Shown here piece after piece: positions 35,911 through 44,274 of a DNA stretch of 44,274 bases; position 1 is the first letter of the stretch, and each line of letters begins with the position of its first letter. The DNA is from Chiloscyllium plagiosum (Eukaryota): the NCBI RefSeq assembly GCF_004010195.1, contig NC_057753.1:4367779-4412052 (forward strand). The letters run 5' to 3'. Under the pieces are notes generated by a model. That model ran no database searches, had not been told where the DNA came from, and was given only the letters and a program-made list of their open reading frames with translations. Made by a program: the position numbers and the translations under genes.

Positions 35911-36845
35911 CTAACTTAATGACTATTGTGATCCTGTCTCTTGGAAGATGTGGTCTCTCAAGATGTATCACCCATTATCTGGTATGGATGGCTGTGACTG
36001 ACTTTCTGGTTATTATCACTGGTGTAATATTAAACCGAATCAGTGTAATTTATTTCCCAGTTCGTTTCCTATCTATGACGCCAGTCTGTAGCCTCAAAAT
36101 TTATCTAACCTATGCAGCCAGAGACAGCTCAGTATGGTTAACAGTTGCTTTCTCTTTTGATCGATTTGTCGCCATATGTTGCCAGAAGTTTAAAAGAAAG
36201 TACTGCACTGAAAACATTGCAGCTGCTGTAATAGGAACGGTCTGTACTCTGAGCTGTTTTAAAAACATCCCGTGGTACTTTGTATATGAGCCTTTGTATA
36301 TGATTAAGGGTGTCCCATGGTACTGCAGCATTAAATTAGCATTTTATTCTGAACTCACTTGGGCAGTGTTTGACTGGATCGACCGCATGTTAAATCCTTT
36401 TTTGCCATTCCTCCTGATGCTAGCTTTCAACGCACTAACAGTTAGAAATATTCTTGCAACATTTAACATCCGCAGGAGGCTCCGTAGCCAACGTGATGGA
36501 GAGAAACAGAGCGACCCAGAGATGCACAATCGGAGAAAGTCCATTGTTCTGCTCTTTACCATATCGAGCAGCTTCCTCTTATTGTGGATGACTTATGTTG
36601 TAAACTTTCTGTATGTCCGAATCACAAAGGATTATCAGATCTCAGGTTTCAATGATCCAAAATTTATTCTCCAAGAAAGCGGAAATATGCTTCAGCTTTT
36701 GAGCTGCTGCACCAACACATGCATTTACGCAGCGACCCAGACTAAATTCAGAGAGCAATTCTTGAAGGTGTTCAAATATCCTGTATATATGTTAATTAAA
36801 GCAGCAATTCACAGAAAACAGGGAAATGAGCTTCCACAGAGTTGA
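35911..36845 (+). CDS. Exon 2 of intact GPR139-like class A GPCR gene C (spliced protein 334 aa)
   Basis: Acceptor TTTTTTCATTCATCTGCAG|; open frame with seven hydrophobic helices in the spliced protein, MAVTD (TM2), SVWLTVAFSFDRFVAIC (TM3), LLFTISSSFLLLW (TM6), NMLQLL..NTCIY (TM7). These resemble GPR139 motifs, but the gene is too divergent to call the ortholog. Confidence 0.93.
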
Positions 36846-37296
36846 ATACATTTGATGGCTGATTCTGAACTCTCCTTAATTGTATGTCCGAACACTGGAA
36901 CTCTACTGCAGACACGCCCTTAACCCCAATTGACAGTGCCACTGAAACAAAAAGAACCTGTTAGCGTATTTCTATTCCCTTAAATTGTGATTCTAGTTGG
37001 CAAAATGTCGACCCTTCCAGTTTGTATGATCACTTAGCCAATGAACTCTTTTTGATCAGGGAGGTATGGTCTTGACAACAAAAAGTAGGCAATGCTAGGT
37101 GTTGAACTCAATTGCAGTTACTGAATCTAAGTAAATGGGTAAGGAATATGTTCCAATGGTATATCATGTCTCTAGGACTCCTATGAAATGAAGTTCCACA
37201 CCGACTTCACCTAATTCCAGCTACTTCTGTCGACATAAATCTTCTAAGAGTTGAATTCATGATGACAGAGCATTTTCACAGAGCATCTCAGAACAA

Positions 37297-37758
37297 AGGT
37301 GCCTCAGTGGATAGCAATGATGCCCCACAGCTTCAGTGGCCCAGGTTCGATTCCAGCCTCAGGTAACTATCTATGTGGAGGTTGTGCATTCCCGCTGTGT
37401 CTGCGTGGGTTTCCTCTGGGTGCTTCGGTTTCCTCCCACAATCCAAAGATGTGCAAGTTAGGTAAATTGGCCATGCTAAATTACCAATAGTCTTCAGGGA
37501 TGTGTAGGTTAGGTGCATTAGTCCGGGGTGAATACAGGGGAATGGGTCTGCGTGGGTTACTGTTCAGAGGGAAACGTGAGGACTGCAGATGCTGGTGATC
37601 AGAGCTTAAACATGTGCAGCAGGTCAGGCAGCATCAAAGGAACAGGAGAATCGACGTTTTGGGCATAAGCCCTTCTTCAGGAATGACTCACTGTTCAGAG
37701 GGTCGATGTGAACTTATTGTACAGAAGGGCCTGTTTCCACATTGAAGGGATACTATGA
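37297..37758 (+). mobile_element. HE1-type SINE with a nested insertion
   Basis: B-box GGTTCGATTCC, conserved core, tail GGGCCTGTTTCCAC. Confidence 0.88.
37572..37689 (-). mobile_element. 118-bp Penelope-derived element with 13-bp target site duplication
   Basis: ACTGTTCAGAGGG at 37559-37571 and 37690-37702; insert carries CTGAAGA-A-GGGC-TTAT-GCCC-AAAACGTC. Confidence 0.85.
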
Positions 37759-38261
37759 GTCTCAAAGATTTATCACAGAGCAACAGGCGACTAAGAGCTT
37801 CATAATTTGACAGGGATCAAATAGTCATCAAGCCTCAACAACTGTCACAAGCTTTGTTTCAAAGTTTTGCAATCTGTGCGTTTCAGAACAGCTCAGGTAT
37901 CTTTAATTATTATTAGGTTTCTGTCTCTGCGAGCCTTTTAGGCAGTACTGTCGAGATGCTCATCTGTTTCTGCTTGTAAAATTCCAACATGAAAATCCTT
38001 TCTGCAGCTTCTGCCTCTTCTTTCAATCTCTGCCTCTGGTTTGTTATCATTCTTAAATGGACGTCTTAATTATCATGAGGTATGTTTTTAAAGTATATTC
38101 GCAAGTGTTACCTCAGCCCAATCGTAATATGGGTCGGCTGTGCCTGTGCAAAATAGGTAGCATATAATTAGACAACCATTTACCTCACGCAAGGATTTCC
38201 TTTGAATGACTTCAAAGGAGACCAAGCTGTGTGGCTGCATAATGAGCCAGTTAGTTTCGTA

Positions 38262-41200
38262 GTCACAGAGTCAAAGAGTCCACCAGCACAGAGACAGGCC
38301 CTTTGGATCAAACTGGTACATGCCAACCAATATGCCCATCCATGCTAACCTCATTTACCCGCACTTGGCCCATATCCTTCTAAACCTTTCCTATCCATGT
38401 ATTTGTGCAAAAGACTTATAAATGTTGTTAATGCACCAACATCAACCACTTCAACTGGCAGCTCAGTCCATATGAGTATCACCCTCTGTGTAATATAAAT
38501 ATGTTGCGGCTGAGGTTTACTTTAATTATTTCCCCTTAAACCTTAAACTGATGTTCTCTAGTCCACAATTCCCCAACCCTGAAAAACAAAACACAGATTG
38601 CATTCACCATATCCATGCTTCTCATGACCTCAGACACTTCTATAAGATTCCCTGTCAGCCACCTACGCTCTGAAGAAAATGTCCGAGATTATCCAACCTT
38701 TTCCTTTAACTCAGACCCTGGAGTCCTGACAACATCTTTGCAAATTTCTTCTGCACGCTTTCCAATTTAATAACATCCTTCGTTAAACGAGTTGGCCAAA
38801 ACTGGACACAATTCTCGAAGTGTCAGCTCACCATCCTCCTGTACAACTGCAACATAACTTCACAACGTTTATACACAATACCCTGCCTGACGAAGGCCAG
38901 TGTGCCAAAAACCTTCTTCACTGGCCTATCTATCTGTGACTCAACTTTCAGAGGACCGTGCACCTGAACCTCAAGATCCATCTGTTCCGTTACACACCTT
39001 AAGGCGCTTCCACTCACCACGAATTTCCTACCTTGACTTGACTTGCCAAAATGCAAGACAACGTACTTATCTATATTTAATTCCATTTGCCATTTCTCGG
39101 ACCACTTCTCCAACTGATCAAGGTCTTGCTGCAATTTTTGATAACGTCACTCACAGTCCACGATGCTGCCTATTTTACTGTCATCTGCAATCTTAAAGTG
39201 TACCTTGTACATTCTCATTCAATGCATTGATATAGATAACAAACAGTAATTTGCCCAGCACCGACCCGTGAGGCATTCCGCTTGTCAGAGGCCTCCAGTC
39301 TGACAAGCATTCTTACACTATTATCCTCTGCTTCCCATTATGAAGCCAGTTTTGTATCCAATTTGCCAGCTCCCCCTGGATTCCATGCGATCTAGCCTTC
39401 CAGAGAACACTACTGTGTGGCTCCTTATCAAAGGCTTTGCGGAAATCCGTATGAACCACGTCTACAACAACGTCATTGTCAACCTTCTAGTCACTTCATC
39501 AAAGAACTGTAACAAATTTGTGAGGCATGATCTCCTACACGCATGAAGCCATGCTGACTATTCCTAATCAAACCCTGTCTTTTCAAATGAATGCAAATCT
39601 TATCTCTCAGAATACTTTCAAGTATCTTACCTACTGCAGATGTTCGGCTTTCTGGTTTGCAACCCTTGCTGAGTAGTGGCACAACATTCCCTACCCTTCA
39701 GTATTTCTGGTACTCACGATGATGCAAAAATATCGACCAGGCCCCACAAATTCTTCTCTAGCCTATATCTGGTCAGGACCAGGGGTTTTATGCAACTTCA
39801 TACCTTGTAATCCATCCAACATCTCCTCTACCCATGGTATAACCAATCAGGTCTCCCACATATTGCCAAGTCTTCATATCTTTGTCCACGATAAACACAG
39901 AGGAGAAATATTCATTGAAGACCTCGCTGGTCTCCTGAAATTATATGCATGTATGTGCAGTGTGACCCTATGGGTTCTACTTCTCTTTCTCGTTATGCCT
40001 TTTCCATTAATACACTCAAAGAACCTCTTTGCATTCATCCTAATCCTCTCAACCAAGGCTATCTCATGCCTCCTTTTCTCTCCTGTTTAATTCACCAGTA
40101 AATCACTGTATTCCATTTCCAGAAAAAATAACAGAGAAAATTACAGCACAGGAACAGGCCCTTCAGCCCTCCATGCCTGCATCAATCCTGATCCTCAATC
40201 TAAACCTATCGCCTGTTTTCTAATGGTCTGTATCCCTTTGGTTCTGGCCGATTCATGTATCTGTCCAGATACATCTTAAAATACGGTATTGTTCCCGCCC
40301 TTACCACCTCCGCTGGCAATGTGTTCCAGGCACCCTCCACCCTCTGCATAAAGGACTTTCTACACATATCTCCTCGAAACGTTTCCTCGCTCACGTGACC
40401 CCTAGTACGTCAGTCCTCCATTCTGGGAGAAAAAGCTTCTTACTATTTACCCTGTCCATACCTTTCATGATTTTGAAGACCTCAATCATGCCCCCCACAA
40501 CCTCCGTCTTTCTAATAAAAATAATCCTTATCTACTCAACCTCTCTTCATAACTGGCGCCTTCCATACCAGCCGGCATCATGATGAACCTCCTCTACACA
40601 CTCTCCAAAGCATCCACATCCTTTTTGTAATATGGCGACCAAAACTGTAAACAGTATTTCAAATGTGGTCGAACCAAAGTCTAAGACAACTGTATACGTC
40701 CAGAAATTCCTTTGATCTCAGTTGTCTACTTCTTTTCTCTGGTCAATGCGTTAATATCGCTTATTGTCCCGCGATCCCTATTCATGTCAACCTTACATTT
40801 ATCTTCACAGGAACATGCAGACCTTGAACTCTAGCTATCTAACTTTAAACATCCCCCCACCCCCCCCCCACCCCCATTTGCCAGAGGTCCTCTTGCCTGC
40901 TAACAAACCACTCCAATCAACCCCTCCAATCTCCTGTTTAATTCCATCAAGGTTTTGCCGTTCCCCAATTTAAATGTGAACCTGTGGACCAGTTCAGTCC
41001 CTCTCCCATAAATATTTTAAAATTAATAGATCTATGACCACTGGCAACAGAGTGCTCCCCACTGTCGCCTCAGTCACCTGTCCTGCCCGATTTCGAAATA
41101 GTAGCTCGACTTTTGCCTCCTCCCGAGTAGGACCCTCTATAAACTCTTGAGGAAACTTTCCTGAACGCACTTAAGAGATTCCACCCCATCTAAGCCTGGA

Positions 41201-41815
41201 ACACTCTGGGAATCCCATTCCATTATCGGAAAATCAAAGTCCCCTATTACGATTACTCTATTACTCCTGCAATTATACCCAATCTCCCTACATTTATGTT
41301 GTTCTAATTCCCGTTGCTTCTTTGGGGGCTCATAGTACAACCCCAATAACGTCACCATCCCCTTTTTATTTCTTAGCTCCACCCACAAAGCCTCACTGGA
41401 TAGTTCTTCAGTTGTTTCTTCTCTGATTACTGCTGTTGATACTCGCCTACATCAAAATGCAACTCTCCACCCCTTCTTTCTACCACCAATGCCTCGTCTA
41501 AAGCACGTTTACCCGGCAAATGAAGTTGCCAGTTCTGTCCCTCAGTTAGCCATGTTTCCTTAATGGCTATAATATCCCAGTTTCACGTATTTGCCCATGC
41601 CCTGGGTTCATCAGACTTACCTGTCAGTCAATTTGCATTGAAATAGATGCAATTTAATCCAGCAGGCATTCCTTGTTCCTTGTCGGGTTCCAGCCTGACC
41701 TGTGTCTTCCCTTTTCTATTTCTGATTACTATGTCTGCTTCCAGCCTCGCACTTGCCTCCCTGCTTTTGAGGATCCCACAATCCTGGCAATGTAGTTTAA
41801 ACCCTCCCTTGTAGC
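38262..41815 (-). mobile_element. Long decayed CR1 LINE (endonuclease to 3' tail)
   Basis: WVELRNKKGMVTLLGLYY...VIVIGDFDFP (41137..41388), QGLIRNSQHGF, QQDLDQLEKWSEKWQME (38823..39134). Confidence 0.88.
40130..40695 (-). mobile_element. CR1 3' fragment nested in the long CR1
   Basis: New tail ACAGCACAGGAACAGGCCCTTCAGCCC and FMQRVEGAWNTLPAEVV. Confidence 0.75.
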
Positions 41816-41821
41816 ACGAGG

Positions 41822-42085
41822 TTCCTCAGGCAGGAGATACAAACCTACCTGCCAAGCGATTCCAGAACAGCTTCTTCCCTGCTTTTATTAGATTTCTGAA
41901 TTTACCTTACAAATTTGAAGTCTAATGTTGATCTTGCTTCTTGTGCTGTTTCTTTTCAGTGATAACTTTGTATTCCTCACTCTGTCCTATCACCCTGTCA
42001 TTGTTGGCTATGATCTGCCTGTACAGCAAGAAGAACAATACCATCCACTCTATCTAGGTGCATGGGACATTACTAAATCAAATCA
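41822..42085 (+). mobile_element. Rex1/Babar-like LINE 3' end
   Basis: SGRRY...RFQNSFFPAFIRFLN C-terminal motif, ending in (AAATC)n. Confidence 0.65.
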
Positions 42086-42089
42086 GTGT

Positions 42090-43285
42090 AGAAGGTGGCA
42101 GGATGGTTCACTGACTGGAAGTCCCTGACCAATGATGTACTGCTGTAATAAGTGTTGCACACCTGTCGTTTGAAACGTGTAAAAATCTTTTGGAGGAGAT
42201 GCAGGTGGCCTGATTTGTCATTTTGCGGACCACACCAAGATTGGTTGAATTGTGAACAGTGACTAAGGATATAGTAGGAAATAGATAGGCTGGAGACTTG
42301 GGCGAAGGAATGTTAGACGGGGTTTAACACTGACAAATGTGAATTTCATTTTGAAGAACCGAATGTAGCAGGAAATTATACAATAAATGGTGGAACTAGG
42401 AGGAGCATGAATATTCAGAGGAAACTGTGCTTACACGTCCTGAAAGTGTCAAGGCAGTGGATAGGTTGGTCAAAAAGACATGATTGGATTCCCTACATTG
42501 TAGAAACAGGCCCTTCGGCCCAACAAGTCCACACCGACCTTCCGAAGAGCAACCCACCCAGACCCATCTCCCTTTGATTGATGTACCTAACAGTAAGGAC
42601 AATTTAGCACGGCCAATCCACCGGAACTGCACATCTTTGGATTGTGGGAGGAAACCAGAGCACATATGGAATGTTTACCTTCATTGGTTGAGGGACAGAG
42701 TTTAAAAGTTCGCAAGTAATGTTGCAGCTCAGTATAATTATAGTTTGGCTACTGTTTAAATATTACCTACAGGTTTTCTCACCAGATTCCAGAAGGATGT
42801 GGATGCTTTGGAGATGGTGCAGCAACAGTTTACCAGGATATCGCTGGGTGGACGATATTAGAGTAAGTGGACAAAACTGGCTTGTTTTCATTGAACATCA
42901 GGGATGAGGGGCGACCTAATAGAAGTTTAAAAAATTATAAGATGCATGGAGAGAATAAATAGTCAGTGTCTTTTTTCCAGAGTAACAATACCATTTAGTA
43001 GAGAACATAGTTTTAAGGTAAAAGACAGCATGTTTAAAGGAGATGTGAGAGGAAGTATTATATGCAAAGGGTGGTAAATGCACAGAACGAGCTATCCATA
43101 CTTTGGTAAGATGAATACAACAGCAAGTTATAAGAGGCATTTTGATTAATATATGGGGGGGCGGGGCGCGAATGGAGGGATATGGCTGATGCAAAGGCAT
43201 TTTTTTTTAAGTTTAGACGGACATCTGTATCAGCGCAGTCTTGGTGACTCAAAGGGCCTGTATTATGTTGTACAGTTCTTTATTC
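42090..43285 (+). mobile_element. Decayed CR1 RT to 3' tail
   Basis: FADHTKIG, KDVDALE, RGDLIEV remnants and AAGGGCCTGTATTATGTTGTAC tail. Confidence 0.7.
42481..42662 (-). mobile_element. HE1-type SINE, 5'-truncated
   Basis: GAAACAGGCCCTTCGGCCCAACAAGTCCACACCGACC and core. Confidence 0.88.
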
Positions 43286-43901
43286 TCTCTGTTCCTTGCC
43301 TTATCTACACAGATGCTATCATATCTGGTGAGTTTCTCCAGCAATTTCTATTCCGTTTTTCATACGTCTTACTAGCTGCAAAGCATCGATTACAAACCCC
43401 TTAAAGGGCTGGAGGGGAAAATGAAGTGATTTCGAACAGTTGACTGCAGAAAATATTGATAATGGTACATGAAGGATTGATTCTATTAAGAAGAAACAAG
43501 TTCCTAACCGAGATTCGTTACATATTCGCAATCTTATGGAAGTTAAGTGAGAAAATTGGAGGATGCTCTGCATAACTTAAAGACAATACATGGAAATTGG
43601 AAGTAATTTCAAAATATAGTAAGCCAGATGCAAAAATGGTCATGGAAGCTGCAATTCAGTGTTTATTCTACAATTGTGAGTTGTGCTATGAAACCCTTGT
43701 TAAAAGCACGATTTTTGAACATCCAGAAACACGCCAAATCTTAAGATTTTGCCAAGATCTGTTCATGAAATCGATGTTTGTCAATCTCAGTTAATAATGA
43801 TACTTGCATGTACTAAACAGAAGACAAAAGACAGTGCACAGAGATAGTATGGACTTTTGGCTAACTGAAAGCCTCTTATGAACTTCATATTGAAAAAAAA
43901 A

Positions 43902-44274
43902 ACAAGACCTGAAAATAGATGCAAGATGAGTCATGGAAATTTTTAACAAGACTATTATTTTTCTGGAAGGATGTTACAATAATCCCACATAGGCTTATTT
44001 GTCTCTTTTTAGTTTAAGCATTGATAAGCCCAATTTATGTAAATGTTGTTGTGGTTCTGTTCGCCGAGCTGGAAGTTTTTGTTGCAAACGTTACAAGACC
44101 TGAAAATAGATGCAAGATGAGTCATGGAAATTTTTAACAAGACTATTATTTTTCTGGAAGGATGTTACAATAATCCCACATAGGTTTATTTGTCTCTTTT
44201 TAGTTTAAGCATAGATAAGCCCAATTTATGTAAATGTTGTTGTGGTTCTGTTCGCCGAGCTGGAAGTTTTTGTT
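43902..44274. repeat. 191-bp tandem duplication running off the window end
   Basis: 43902-44092 is repeated from 44093; two mismatches seen in the 182 bp available. Confidence 0.92.

Noticed and set aside
35911..36845. Assigning the symbol GPR139
   Set aside because: Only family-level similarity is visible and several local paralogs exist; orthology needs phylogeny and synteny.
1..44274. Prokaryotic systems (operons, CRISPR arrays, defence islands)
   Set aside because: Vertebrate repeats, spliceosomal introns and very low coding density; no regularly spaced repeat-spacer array seen.

Overview
Eukaryotic, repeat-dense DNA from a cartilaginous fish, most likely a shark (inferred from HE1-type V-SINEs, CR1/HER1-like LINEs, Penelope elements and Gmr1-type Gypsy relics). 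Most short ORFs in the track are decayed transposon fragments. The host content is a cluster of three paralogous two-exon GPR139-like class A GPCR loci. Gene C is intact on + (exon 1 32905-32974, exon 2 35911-36845, 334 aa). Gene B is a pseudogene on - (exon 1 23926-23995 with ATG>ATA, partial exon 2 at about 21960-22430). Gene A is an intact-looking exon 1 on - (8547-8616) whose exon 2 is not visible here. All three exon 1s are exactly 70 nt. A and C share a 25-bp proximal promoter block (homeodomain TAATTG plus an O/E/EBF-like site) followed by a TATA box, which resembles olfactory receptor promoters; it is eroded in B. This suggests, as an inference, an expanded chemosensory-type receptor family. 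A second theme is a set of Penelope-derived short elements carrying minimal hammerhead-ribozyme-like cores. TE boundaries are approximate and family names come from recognition, not database searches.
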